DNA of 29,857 nt from a virus (taxonomy: Duplodnaviria > Caudoviricetes), in the IMG/VR virus record IMGVR_UViG_3300020432_000034, positions 1 through 29,857 of that record. One strand, written 5' to 3'. This document shows, piece by piece, positions 1 through 8,497 of the stretch. Position numbers and translations under genes: made by a program. The notes beneath the pieces were generated by a model. The model was not told where the DNA came from and ran no database searches. It worked only from the letters and a program-made list of their open reading frames with translations. Positions within the stretch are counted from its first letter, which is position 1, and each line of letters begins with the position of its first letter.

Positions 1-363
1 TGGATTTCTTCTGGTAATACTTTGCGTGCTTATTGCAGACAAAAAGGTAAACCTGCTTTTACTACTATTTACAATTGGTTGAATAAAGATAAAGAATTTA
101 ATGAACGCTTCGTGCGTGCGCGCGAGGTTGGATCAGATATGATTGCGGATTCTATTATGGAAATTATGAGCGAAACTCCTGAGATGATTGGAGGAGATAA
201 TCCACGCATAGATCCGGGTTGGGTGGCTCTTCAGAAGGCCAAAAGCGATGTTGCATTGAAACTATTGTCTAAGTGGTTTCCGCAGCGTTATGGAGATCGT
301 GTAGGGGTAGAAGCAAAAGGAGATATTAGTCTGACTATTTCAACAGGCGTTCCACAGGTGTGA
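1..363 (+). CDS. terS: Terminase small subunit (5'-partial; frame is open to base 1)
   Basis: Frame reads WISSGNTLRAYCRQKGKPAFTTIYNWL (HTH-like), then the EFNERFVRAREVGSDMIAD helix and KLLSKWFPQRYGD, typical of Sf6/P22-type TerS. GTGA overlap with TerL. Confidence 0.85.
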   Translation, partial: WISSGNTLRAYCRQKGKPAFTTIYNWLNKDKEFNERFVRAREVGSDMIADSIMEIMSETPEMIGGDNPRIDPGWVALQKAKSDVALKLLSKWFPQRYGDRVGVEAKGDISLTISTGVPQV

Positions 364-1694
364 AACAACCGTTGATCAAACTAGATTACACACCTCGGAC
401 TTGGCAGAGAGAATGCCATATAAAGAAACAAAGGTTTAGCGTCTACGCATTACACAGGCGATCCGGGAAAACAGAATTAGCAATCATGGAGCTAATTGAT
501 AAGGCCATGAAGACAAGCAAGGAACTGGCTATGTTTGTGTACGTTGCACCGTTCCTGAGACAGGCAAAAGCGATTGCATGGGCAAGATTAAAGCAGAAGA
601 TAGAACCACTGCGTAGGACATCTGTAATCGAGATAAACGAGGGTGAGTTATCGGTCAGGTTTAAACATAATGGAGCGATTATCAGATTGTTTGGAGGCGA
701 TAATCCAGATGCGATGCGAGGATTACGACTTGATGGTTGTGTTTTAGATGAAGTGTCTCAGCTAAAGAACGAGCTATGGACAGACATAGTGCAACCTGCA
801 CTTTCTGACCGTCTTGGTTGGTCAATCTTTATTGGTACACCTAGTGGCATTAACTTGTTCTCTGAGTTGTATTACAAGGCCATAGAAGAGAACGATTGGG
901 CAGCAGCTAGGTATACCGTTTACGACACAGACAGCTTGCATCCTGATGAGGTAACTCGTCTTAAACGAGACATGAGTGAGACTAGTTTTGCTCGTGAGTA
1001 TTTATGTGATTTCTCAGCCCAAGGAGATGACCAGTTAATTGCATTAGCAGATACCGAAGATGCAGCCAAACGTATTTACCAGAAAAACCATGTAAAGCTG
1101 TCACCAATAGTCCTTGGAATCGACCCGGCACGTTTTGGAGATGACCGATCAGTAGTGTTTCGTAGGCAAGGCAGACAAGCATATGAACCAGTTGTATATC
1201 GAGGTATAGACAACATGGAGTTAGCAGCGAGAGTAGCCAACCTAATAGAGGAACATGACCCAGATGCAGTGTTTTGTGATGCAGGTGCAGGTAGTGGTGT
1301 AATCGACAGACTAAGACAGTTGTCGTATGACGTAATCGAAATACCGTTTGGTGGTAAAGCAATAAAACCAGAGCAATACATCAACCGTAGAAGTGAGATG
1401 TGGTGGTTAATGAAGCAATGGATAGAAGAAGGTGGTGCAATACCAAACGATGTAGCCCTCAAACAAGAGTTAGCAACACCGATATATTGGTACGACAATG
1501 TAGGTAGGCGTGTATTGGAAAGTAAAGATCAGATAAAAAAGAGATTGCAGGGAGCAGGGTCACCAGATTTAGCTGATGCACTAGCACTAACCTTTGCCCT
1601 CCCGGTAGCCAAAAAAGTACCAGAGGATATATACATCAAAAGACGCAAAGTATCTACACAGAAAGCAGATTATGACCCATACAAAGTACTTTAA
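360..1694 (+). CDS. terL: Terminase large subunit
   Basis: Walker A HRRSGKT, Walker B CVLDE, coupling motif IGTPSG, RNase H-like nuclease motifs LGIDPARFGDD and SPDLADALAL. Confidence 0.97.
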   Translation: MKQPLIKLDYTPRTWQRECHIKKQRFSVYALHRRSGKTELAIMELIDKAMKTSKELAMFVYVAPFLRQAKAIAWARLKQKIEPLRRTSVIEINEGELSVRFKHNGAIIRLFGGDNPDAMRGLRLDGCVLDEVSQLKNELWTDIVQPALSDRLGWSIFIGTPSGINLFSELYYKAIEENDWAAARYTVYDTDSLHPDEVTRLKRDMSETSFAREYLCDFSAQGDDQLIALADTEDAAKRIYQKNHVKLSPIVLGIDPARFGDDRSVVFRRQGRQAYEPVVYRGIDNMELAARVANLIEEHDPDAVFCDAGAGSGVIDRLRQLSYDVIEIPFGGKAIKPEQYINRRSEMWWLMKQWIEEGGAIPNDVALKQELATPIYWYDNVGRRVLESKDQIKKRLQGAGSPDLADALALTFALPVAKKVPEDIYIKRRKVSTQKADYDPYKVL

Positions 1695-2232
1695 ACGTAT
1701 AGCTACAGGTTTAGATGTAGACCCATTACTAAAATTGTTAGACGATAAACCAGAATTGTGGACAGAGATAACAGCACGCCAAGATTTTACAGGCACACCA
1801 CATAAAGATACAGAGTCAATATACGTTAGAGGGCCATTAAAGATGAGCCAATACTATGTTATGTGGGATACAGGATCATACGACTATCCGTGTATGGAAT
1901 ATTTAAAACCTGCGTTAGTGCCATTAATGCAACCAATACTCAAACAGCTAGGTGTTGAAGACATGGGTAGGGTGTTGATTGTTAATCTTAAACCAAGTGG
2001 CCATGTAACCAAACATAACGACCAAGGAACGTATGCAGATCATTACAGTAGGTTTCATATTGTTCTTAAATCTAACCAGTGGTGCAGCCAAACTTGCGGA
2101 GATGAAGAACAAAAGTTTGAGGTAGGTGAGGTCTGGTGGTTTAACCATAAAGAACTACACACAGCACACAATGTTGGCATGACAGACAGAGTGCATATAA
2201 TATTTGATTGTGTAACTAAAAATTCTTTATGA
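1672..2232 (+). CDS. Aspartyl/asparaginyl beta-hydroxylase-like 2OG-Fe(II) oxygenase
   Basis: HxD motif (VTKHND), RFHIVL, GEVWWFNHKELHTAHN and RVHIIFD match the Asp_Arg_Hydrox-type cupin pattern. Confidence 0.85.
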   Translation: MTHTKYFKRIATGLDVDPLLKLLDDKPELWTEITARQDFTGTPHKDTESIYVRGPLKMSQYYVMWDTGSYDYPCMEYLKPALVPLMQPILKQLGVEDMGRVLIVNLKPSGHVTKHNDQGTYADHYSRFHIVLKSNQWCSQTCGDEEQKFEVGEVWWFNHKELHTAHNVGMTDRVHIIFDCVTKNSL

Positions 2233-2738
2233 CGAGTGTGACCGTAAGTCCTGATAGTACAGCTACTGTAGACAAAAGTAGGATATCCAAAACGGAAATC
2301 AAACTTGCCACAGTTAAGGAGATGTTGGCCGAGGCATCCATACTGTTTGACGAGCATTACGAAGAGATTGCTCGCAACAAACAAGTGATGAAGCTAAAGC
2401 CAGACGAAACGACGTACTACCGAATGGAGGACTCTAATCGTATATTCATCCTTTCAGCTAGGCAAGATGATAAGTTAATTGGTTATTCTGTTAATTTTGT
2501 CATTCATCATTTACATTATGCTGATTTAAAACTAGCCCAAAATGATTTGTTGTTTATCAGCAAGGAACACAGGGGTGGCAGAGTCGGTTTAAAGTTAATA
2601 AAGGAGACAGAAAAACACGCAACATCGCTCGGATGCAAACTTATGTTATGGCACGCCAAAGAAAGCACCACCTTGGCTCATATGCTACCGAGATTAAAAT
2701 ATGGTGTACAAGATATTATCTTTTCCAAGGAGCTATGA
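2229..2738 (+). CDS. GNAT-family N-acetyltransferase
   Basis: LIGYS strand, NDLLFISKEHRGGRVGLKLIKETEK (acetyl-CoA-binding motif A) and LPRLKY. ATGA coupling to the hydroxylase. Alternative start ATG at 2322. Confidence 0.8.
   Translation: MTSVTVSPDSTATVDKSRISKTEIKLATVKEMLAEASILFDEHYEEIARNKQVMKLKPDETTYYRMEDSNRIFILSARQDDKLIGYSVNFVIHHLHYADLKLAQNDLLFISKEHRGGRVGLKLIKETEKHATSLGCKLMLWHAKESTTLAHMLPRLKYGVQDIIFSKEL
2236..2269 (+). promoter_or_regulatory. Phage promoter motif copy 1 (GTGTGACCGTAA-N16-TACTGT)
   Basis: Exact 12-mer at 2236-2247 with a -10-like hexamer at 2264-2269; lies upstream of the portal block. Confidence 0.7.
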
Positions 2739-2739
2739 C

Positions 2740-3063
2740 ATGGCAGTTACGACAGCTATAGCAGCGGTTGCTAGTACTGGTTACCAAATTTACTCAGGAA
2801 TGCAACAGAAAAAGGCACAAAAAAAGCAATTAGCATTGCAACGAGAAGCTAATGAAGATGCTAGAAAACAAGCTAAAGCAGAAGCTGATCGTGCCGACAT
2901 AGAGTACAACAAAGCAAACAGGCAAACAGCAGATGTTAATGCTATTACTGACGAAAGTGTACTAGCAGGTAAGGGTGGTGCAGCAGGTACTATGCTTACT
3001 GGCAATATGGGCATAGATCCTAATCAATTAAACTTAGGCAAATCCACCTTATTAGGCGGTTAA
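2740..3063 (+). CDS. Small virion/assembly protein preceding portal (T7 gp7.3-like position)
   Basis: Start revised to ATG 2740 (AAGGAG at 2727-2732). Ala-rich N-terminus, coiled coil, C-terminal GTMLTG...STLLGG typical of pre-portal podovirus proteins. Confidence 0.65.
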   Translation: MAVTTAIAAVASTGYQIYSGMQQKKAQKKQLALQREANEDARKQAKAEADRADIEYNKANRQTADVNAITDESVLAGKGGAAGTMLTGNMGIDPNQLNLGKSTLLGG

Positions 3064-3066
3064 TCA

Positions 3067-4743
3067 ATGTACGAAACCAAGAGAAGTAAATTATTGACAA
3101 GGTGGGGTCACCTTCGATCTGAAAGGGCTACTTGGTGGTCACATTGGCAAGAAGTAACGACATATCTACTGCCAAGAAATGGACGTTATTTTGTACAAGA
3201 TAGAAACAAAGGGCATAGAAGACATAACTCGATATACGACAATACAGGAACAAGAGCGTTAAGAACATTAGGTGCAGGTATGATGGCCGGTGCAACATCC
3301 CCTGCAAGACCTTGGTTTAGATTAGGTACAGTTGATCCAGAACTAAATAAATATCCACCAGTAAAAATGTGGCTAAACGATGTCACAGAACGTATGCAAT
3401 TAGTGTTTACTAAATCAAATACATACAGAACATTACATGGTATATACGAAGAATTAGGAGCATTTGGAACGGCAGGGTCAATTATTTTACCTGACATGAA
3501 AAACGCAATACATCATTACCCGGTAACGTGTGGTGAATATGCAATTGCTACAGATTATCAGGGTAGAGTTAATACATTGTTTAGAGAATTTCAAAAAACG
3601 GTAGGAGAAACAGTAAGAGAGTTTGGATATAACAACTGTTCAACGTCCGTTAAAAACTTGCATGACAGAGGTTCATTGGATCAATGGATAACTATTATTC
3701 ATGCAATAGAACCAAGAGATGATAGAGAGCGTGATTACAGTAAAAAAGACAATATGAACATGGCATACAAATCTTGTTATTTTGAGCAAGGTGGTGAAGG
3801 CGATAAAGTACTAAGAGAAAGCGGATTTAGAGATTTTCCTGTAGTTGTACCAAGATGGGGTATATCTGGTGGCGATATTTATGGTAATTCACCGGGTATG
3901 GAAGCATTAGGTGACATAAAACAGCTACAACACGAGCAATTACGCAAGGCACAAGGCATTGATTACCAAACAAAGCCACCATTACAAGTACCTAGTTACC
4001 TTAAAAACCGTGATGTAGATAGTTTGCCGGGTGGCGTTACCTTTATTGATGGGCAACAAGGCAAGATTGAAACAGCATTTAACGTAAATTTAAACTTGCA
4101 ACACTTGTTAATGGACATACAAGACGTAAGGCAACGCATAAATGGTAGTTTTTATGCTGATTTGTTTCTTATGTTGGCAAATGCTACTGACACACGCATG
4201 ACAGCAACAGAGGTGGCAGAACGTCACGAAGAAAAATTGCTTATGTTAGGGCCTGTTTTAGAAAGATTACATAACGAATTACTAGATCCGTTAATAGATA
4301 TTACGTTCAGCAGAATGATAGAAGCAGATTTAGTGCCACCTGCACCAGAAGAATTGCAAGGTATGGAGTTAAATGTAGAGTTTGTATCTATGTTGGCACA
4401 AGCACAACGTGCTATTGGTACAAATAGTGTTGATAGATATACAAATACAATGGGTGCTATTGCACAAATGAAACCTGATGTACTTGATAAATTTGATTCT
4501 GATGCATGGGCAGATAGTTATGCTGATATGCTAGGCATTGATCCGGGATTAATAGTACCCGGACAAGTCGTAGCTAAGATACGACAGGAAAGAGCAGCAG
4601 CACAACAAGCAGCAGCACAGGCAGAACAACAACAACAAGCAGTAGAAAACATGGCAAAACTTGGTAAAGTAGACTCAGGTAATGCTATGGACATGATAAA
4701 CCAATTTAGTGGTTACAATTCACCATCACCATTGGAGGTATAA
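3067..4743 (+). CDS. Portal / head-to-tail connector (T7 gp8 / BPP-1 Bbp21-like)
   Basis: IYDNTGTRALRTLGAGMMAG, SPARPWFRL, YGNSPGMEALGD, MTATEVAERHEEKLLMLGPVLERL; 558 aa. Confidence 0.95.
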   Translation: MYETKRSKLLTRWGHLRSERATWWSHWQEVTTYLLPRNGRYFVQDRNKGHRRHNSIYDNTGTRALRTLGAGMMAGATSPARPWFRLGTVDPELNKYPPVKMWLNDVTERMQLVFTKSNTYRTLHGIYEELGAFGTAGSIILPDMKNAIHHYPVTCGEYAIATDYQGRVNTLFREFQKTVGETVREFGYNNCSTSVKNLHDRGSLDQWITIIHAIEPRDDRERDYSKKDNMNMAYKSCYFEQGGEGDKVLRESGFRDFPVVVPRWGISGGDIYGNSPGMEALGDIKQLQHEQLRKAQGIDYQTKPPLQVPSYLKNRDVDSLPGGVTFIDGQQGKIETAFNVNLNLQHLLMDIQDVRQRINGSFYADLFLMLANATDTRMTATEVAERHEEKLLMLGPVLERLHNELLDPLIDITFSRMIEADLVPPAPEELQGMELNVEFVSMLAQAQRAIGTNSVDRYTNTMGAIAQMKPDVLDKFDSDAWADSYADMLGIDPGLIVPGQVVAKIRQERAAAQQAAAQAEQQQQAVENMAKLGKVDSGNAMDMINQFSGYNSPSPLEV

Positions 4744-5118
4744 ATGGATTTAATTGATCTAAAAAAAGACCCACAACCTGTTGACAGTAATGAAATGTAT
4801 GACGAACCGATGTATAGCTACGGTTTGTGTATATCGTTAGGTAAAGAAGAACTAGAAAAATTAGGCATAGAAAAATTACCAGAAGCAGGTAGTGAAATGA
4901 TGCTAATGGCAAAAGCATATGTTAAAACAGTTAGGGAAAGTCAAGAAAAAGATGGCGTAGAACAAAATGTAGAGTTACAAATATGTGCAATGGCTATTGA
5001 ACCAATAGATAAAACTGGTGATCAAGCAGATGGATTGTATGGAGATAAGGCATCTGCACCACCAAAAGCACAGCCTGTTACTACACCTACTACAGGTACT
5101 TATCTAACTGGGAGTTAA
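4744..5118 (+). CDS. Capsid staple/decoration-like protein
   Basis: YSYGLCISLGKEELEKLGI..LPEAG and VELQI motifs recalled from the Ralstonia phage GP4 gp10-like staple family; follows portal. Confidence 0.65.
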   Translation: MDLIDLKKDPQPVDSNEMYDEPMYSYGLCISLGKEELEKLGIEKLPEAGSEMMLMAKAYVKTVRESQEKDGVEQNVELQICAMAIEPIDKTGDQADGLYGDKASAPPKAQPVTTPTTGTYLTGS

Positions 5119-5120
5119 TT

Positions 5121-5273
5121 ATGGAAGGATTTAAAGATTTATCACCTGATGCCAAAGTAAGGTATCGCAAAATGATAGAACAACACAATGCAGAAGAAGC
5201 AAACAAAAAGAAAAATAAGAAAAAATCTAAATTACAAGAATTTGCAGAAAAATTATATGGAGGTAATAAATAA
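5121..5273 (+). CDS. Small Lys-rich protein, 50 aa (not in ORF track)
   Basis: MEGFKDLSPDAKVRYRKMIEQHNAEEANKKKNKKKSKLQEFAEKLYGGNK; GGGAG upstream; tightly packed between neighbours. Confidence 0.75.
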   Translation: MEGFKDLSPDAKVRYRKMIEQHNAEEANKKKNKKKSKLQEFAEKLYGGNK

Positions 5274-5428
5274 TGACTACTAAAAAACAAGGTGCGGATC
5301 AAATTATTCCTAACTTTCAAAAAAATAAAATTAAATTAATACAAGCAAAAATAGAAGGTGATATGGCTACTCCAAAAGATCTTAAGGATTTAGAAAAACT
5401 AAAAAAACTTTACCCTTCAATGTTTTAA
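5273..5428 (+). CDS. Small basic protein, 51 aa (not in ORF track)
   Basis: MTTKKQGADQIIPNFQKNKIKLIQAKIEGDMATPKDLKDLEKLKKLYPSMF; TAATG stop/start overlap and GGAGG SD. Confidence 0.75.
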   Translation: MTTKKQGADQIIPNFQKNKIKLIQAKIEGDMATPKDLKDLEKLKKLYPSMF

Positions 5429-5430
5429 TT

Positions 5431-5586
5431 ATGAGTTTATACGAAAACATTCACAAAAAACGCAAAAGAATTAAAGAAGGTTCTGGCGAAAAAATGCGTA
5501 AGAAGGGAGCAAAAGGCGCACCAAGCGATAAAAATTTTAAAAACGCTGCAAAAACTGCAAAAAAAATGTACCCTAATCAAAATTAG
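5431..5586 (+). CDS. Small highly basic protein, 51 aa (not in ORF track)
   Basis: MSLYENIHKKRKRIKEGSGEKMRKKGAKGAPSDKNFKNAAKTAKKMYPNQN; resembles the LYxNIHAKRKRI..GSGEKMRK.G.KGAP small-protein family recalled from marine phages. Confidence 0.8.
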   Translation: MSLYENIHKKRKRIKEGSGEKMRKKGAKGAPSDKNFKNAAKTAKKMYPNQN

Positions 5587-5620
5587 GTGTGACCGTAACC
5601 AAGTTATAACTAGATATATT
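5587..5620 (+). promoter_or_regulatory. Phage promoter motif copy 2 (GTGTGACCGTAA-N16-TATATT)
   Basis: Intergenic. -10 at 5615-5620, 5 nt before ATG 5626, so the transcript may be leaderless; heads the capsid block. Confidence 0.8.
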
Positions 5621-5625
5621 TAAGC

Positions 5626-5970
5626 ATGAGCGAATACAATCCACTCGATCTTAAAAGTCAACAAAAATCTAAAGACAATAAAAAGTTTGAAGATAAAATT
5701 GACCGACAGAACGAGGAAGCAGATATTAAATGGCTCATGAGCAGCAAGAGGGGTCGCAGATTTATCTGGAGACTTCTGGAAATGGCAGGTGTATTTCGAT
5801 CATCGTTCAATACTAACGCAATGGCAATGTCATTTAGCGAAGGTAACAGAAACTATGGTTTGAAACTCTTAGACCAAGTCCACACTCTCTGCCCAGAACT
5901 GTATCCGACAATGATTAAGGAGCAAAAAAATGTCAGAAACGCTGATGACGGAAGCCAACCAAACCAATGA
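5626..5970 (+). CDS. Bbp19-like head morphogenesis protein
   Basis: DIKWLMSSKRGRRFIWRLL...F.EG.RN.GL motif and position just before the scaffold, as in BPP-1-like phages. Confidence 0.75.
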   Translation: MSEYNPLDLKSQQKSKDNKKFEDKIDRQNEEADIKWLMSSKRGRRFIWRLLEMAGVFRSSFNTNAMAMSFSEGNRNYGLKLLDQVHTLCPELYPTMIKEQKNVRNADDGSQPNQ

Positions 5971-6613
5971 AGGCGATACGCAGCAGCCAGTAGACGCATC
6001 AACTGAGCAATCAACTGAAGCAACTACTGACACACAGCAGCAAGCTGAAAGTGTACAGGAACAACAAGTTTCGGATGAAACCGCTGTTGAAAATGAAACT
6101 AGCGAATCAGAAACACCACAAGGTGCGCCTGAGACATACGAGTTCAATACAAAGATTACTGACGAATCTTCTGAACTCGACCCCGAAGTAGTAACTGCAT
6201 TCGGTGAAGTCGCTAAAGAACTTGACCTGCCACAAGATGCTGCACAAAAAGTATTAGACAAAGTTGCACCTGTTATACAGGCAAAACAAGCCAAAGTATT
6301 AGAGCAAGCTAAGACAGATTGGGCTACTGATTCACAAGCTGATAAAGAATTTGGCGGTGAAAATTTAGCTGAAAATCTTAATATTGCTAAAACTGCACTC
6401 GATGCTTTTGGTTCTAAGGCTTTGAAGTCGCTGCTGCATGAAACAGGCTTTGGCAATCATCCTGAGATAATCAGGTTTATGTACAAAGCAGGTAAGGCAA
6501 TTAGTGAAGACAGTTATGTTGGTAACTCAGAAGGTGCTATGTCTCAAGGGGCAGATCCTAAAGATTTTAACAGCATAGCTAACGCACTATATTCAAATCA
6601 GCAAAACAAGTAA
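5930..6613 (+). CDS. Capsid scaffolding protein
   Basis: Acidic low-complexity N-terminus, GAPETYEF, DKEFGGE, TGFGNHPEIIRF..KAGKAISED; AAGGAG SD; directly upstream of the major capsid gene. Confidence 0.85.
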   Translation: MSETLMTEANQTNEGDTQQPVDASTEQSTEATTDTQQQAESVQEQQVSDETAVENETSESETPQGAPETYEFNTKITDESSELDPEVVTAFGEVAKELDLPQDAAQKVLDKVAPVIQAKQAKVLEQAKTDWATDSQADKEFGGENLAENLNIAKTALDAFGSKALKSLLHETGFGNHPEIIRFMYKAGKAISEDSYVGNSEGAMSQGADPKDFNSIANALYSNQQNK

Positions 6614-6624
6614 GGAGTTATTAA

Positions 6625-7644
6625 ATGGCTACACTCTCAACCTCAAATTTAACACTAGCGGATTGGGCAAAAAGATCTGACCCAGACGGTAGAGTTCCAA
6701 TCGTTGCAGAGCTACTATCTCAAACCAACGAAATATTAGATGATTGCGTTTTTAAAGAAGGTAATTTACCTACTGGTGAACGTGTAATTATTAGAACTGG
6801 TTTACCATCAGTTTATTTTCGTGCATTAAACCAAGGTATTCCCGGCAGCAAATCAACAACCGCTCAAGTTGATGAAGCCTGTGCAATTCTTGAAGCACGT
6901 TCTGAAGTAGACAAAGACTTAGCAATGTTAAATGGTAACACTGCACAGTTCCGTTTATCTGAAGACACTGCGTTCTTGGAAGCAATGAACCAGACACAAG
7001 CTGAGACAATGTTCTATGGCAACCCCGGAACAGATCCTAAAAAGTTTTTAGGTCTTGCACCAAGATATGGTGACCTTTCCGCTGATAATGCTGTAAACAT
7101 TCTTGATGCAGGTGGATCAGGTTCTGATAACGCTTCTGTATATTTAGTTGTTTGGGGTGATCAAACTGTATATTGTCCTTTCCCTAAAGGATCTAAAGCA
7201 GGTTTAACTCACGAAGATCTTGGCGAGCAAACTGTATACAACAGTGACGGTACAAGATTACAAGCATTTGCTACTCGTTATCAGTGGAAAAATGGTTTAG
7301 TTGTTAAAGATTGGAGATACGTTGTTCGTATTTGCAATGTTGACATTTCTGACTTGCTTGGTGTTACTGGTACACAATCAGCAACTGCTGCAACTTCTCT
7401 TATCAAATTAATGGCAAGAGCAACTTACAGAATACCAAACATGGCTATGGGTAGAGCAGCATTCTATATGAACAGAACAGTTCATTCTGGATTGTCTATC
7501 GCAGCATTAGATAAATCACAAAATGTTTTAAAAATACAAGAAGGTTTATCACAGTTTGGAACAGCTAAAAGCTACTTATCATTCTTGGGTACTCCAATAA
7601 GACAGGTTGATTCGTTAATTAACAACGAAGCTCGTGTAGTTTAA
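6625..7644 (+). CDS. Major capsid protein (BPP-1 Bbp17-like)
   Basis: LTLADWAKRSDPDG, ELLSQTNEILDD, LEARSEVDKDLA, FRLSED.AFLEAM.Q, GLVVKDWRYVVRICN; strong SD TAAGGAG. Confidence 0.95.
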   Translation: MATLSTSNLTLADWAKRSDPDGRVPIVAELLSQTNEILDDCVFKEGNLPTGERVIIRTGLPSVYFRALNQGIPGSKSTTAQVDEACAILEARSEVDKDLAMLNGNTAQFRLSEDTAFLEAMNQTQAETMFYGNPGTDPKKFLGLAPRYGDLSADNAVNILDAGGSGSDNASVYLVVWGDQTVYCPFPKGSKAGLTHEDLGEQTVYNSDGTRLQAFATRYQWKNGLVVKDWRYVVRICNVDISDLLGVTGTQSATAATSLIKLMARATYRIPNMAMGRAAFYMNRTVHSGLSIAALDKSQNVLKIQEGLSQFGTAKSYLSFLGTPIRQVDSLINNEARVV

Positions 7645-7671
7645 TTTTTATTTTATTAAAGGAGATCTAAA

Positions 7672-8103
7672 ATGATTACAGATGCATTACTCAGAGTAAG
7701 CGAAGATCAAGCAGTTACAACAACTGCTGTATCTACTAACACTGTTGATTTAGGTGTTGCTAGAGACATGGGTGAAGGTACACCTTTGTACATGAACTTT
7801 GCTTTAACAGAAGCATTTGCCAACGGTACTAGCGTAACTTTTGAAGTTATTACTAGTGCTGCTGCAAACTTAGGCACACCTACTGTTATTGGTAGCAGCG
7901 CAGTATTAGCTACAGCAGCACTTACATTAGGTAAGAATATTGTTGTACGTTTAAATCCAGATATTGCCGGTAAAGGCCAAAGATATCTTGGTGCTAGATA
8001 CACTGTTGTAGGTACTATGAATGCAGGTAAAGTTACTGCTGATATAGTAGAAACAATAGGTGATGGTCAAAAGTACTATGCTTCTGGCTTTACCGTAGCT
8101 TAA
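7672..8103 (+). CDS. Capsid cement protein (Bbp16-like)
   Basis: QAVTTTAVSTNTVDLG..RD.G.G.PLY and RYLGARYTV.GT..AGKVTA; immediately after the major capsid gene; AAGGAG SD. Confidence 0.85.
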   Translation: MITDALLRVSEDQAVTTTAVSTNTVDLGVARDMGEGTPLYMNFALTEAFANGTSVTFEVITSAAANLGTPTVIGSSAVLATAALTLGKNIVVRLNPDIAGKGQRYLGARYTVVGTMNAGKVTADIVETIGDGQKYYASGFTVA

Positions 8104-8115
8104 TAAGGAGAATCT

Positions 8116-8424
8116 ATGCCTATTTACAGAGCTAAAATCAAGTGTTTCGTTGGTCAATCCATGCGAGAACCTGATGAAGAGTTTGAATATAATGGAGAGT
8201 TCAATAGTAATATTGAATTAGTTGGTGGAACTGAACCTGATCTACCTGTGGCGTCAAACACAACCGTACCGTCAGAAAATGTTCAGCCAACTACTCAATC
8301 AATTGATTATCAATCAATGACTAAAGCAGAACTCGAAGTGTTTGGTCGTACTATCGGTATTGAACTAGATAGAAGGCAAACTAAAGAAACTCTTATTAGT
8401 CAACTTGTAGAAGCAAATAAATAG
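8116..8424 (+). CDS. Hypothetical head-associated protein with C-terminal HeH/Rho-N-like helical motif
   Basis: AAGGAG SD; C-terminal YQSMTKAELEVFGRTIGIELDRRQTKETLISQL. Confidence 0.6.
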   Translation: MPIYRAKIKCFVGQSMREPDEEFEYNGEFNSNIELVGGTEPDLPVASNTTVPSENVQPTTQSIDYQSMTKAELEVFGRTIGIELDRRQTKETLISQLVEANK

Positions 8425-8449
8425 GCATTGATTATCTTATTTATTTACT

Positions 8450-8487
8450 GGGGGCTAGTAGTAATACTGCTAACCTCCTCTTTTTTT
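8450..8487 (+). terminator. Rho-independent terminator after head genes
   Basis: Stem GGGGGCTAGTAGT / ACTGCTAACCTCC (one mismatch, two G-U pairs), AAT loop, followed by TC and T7. Confidence 0.8.
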
Positions 8488-8497
8488 AGGAGATGTT

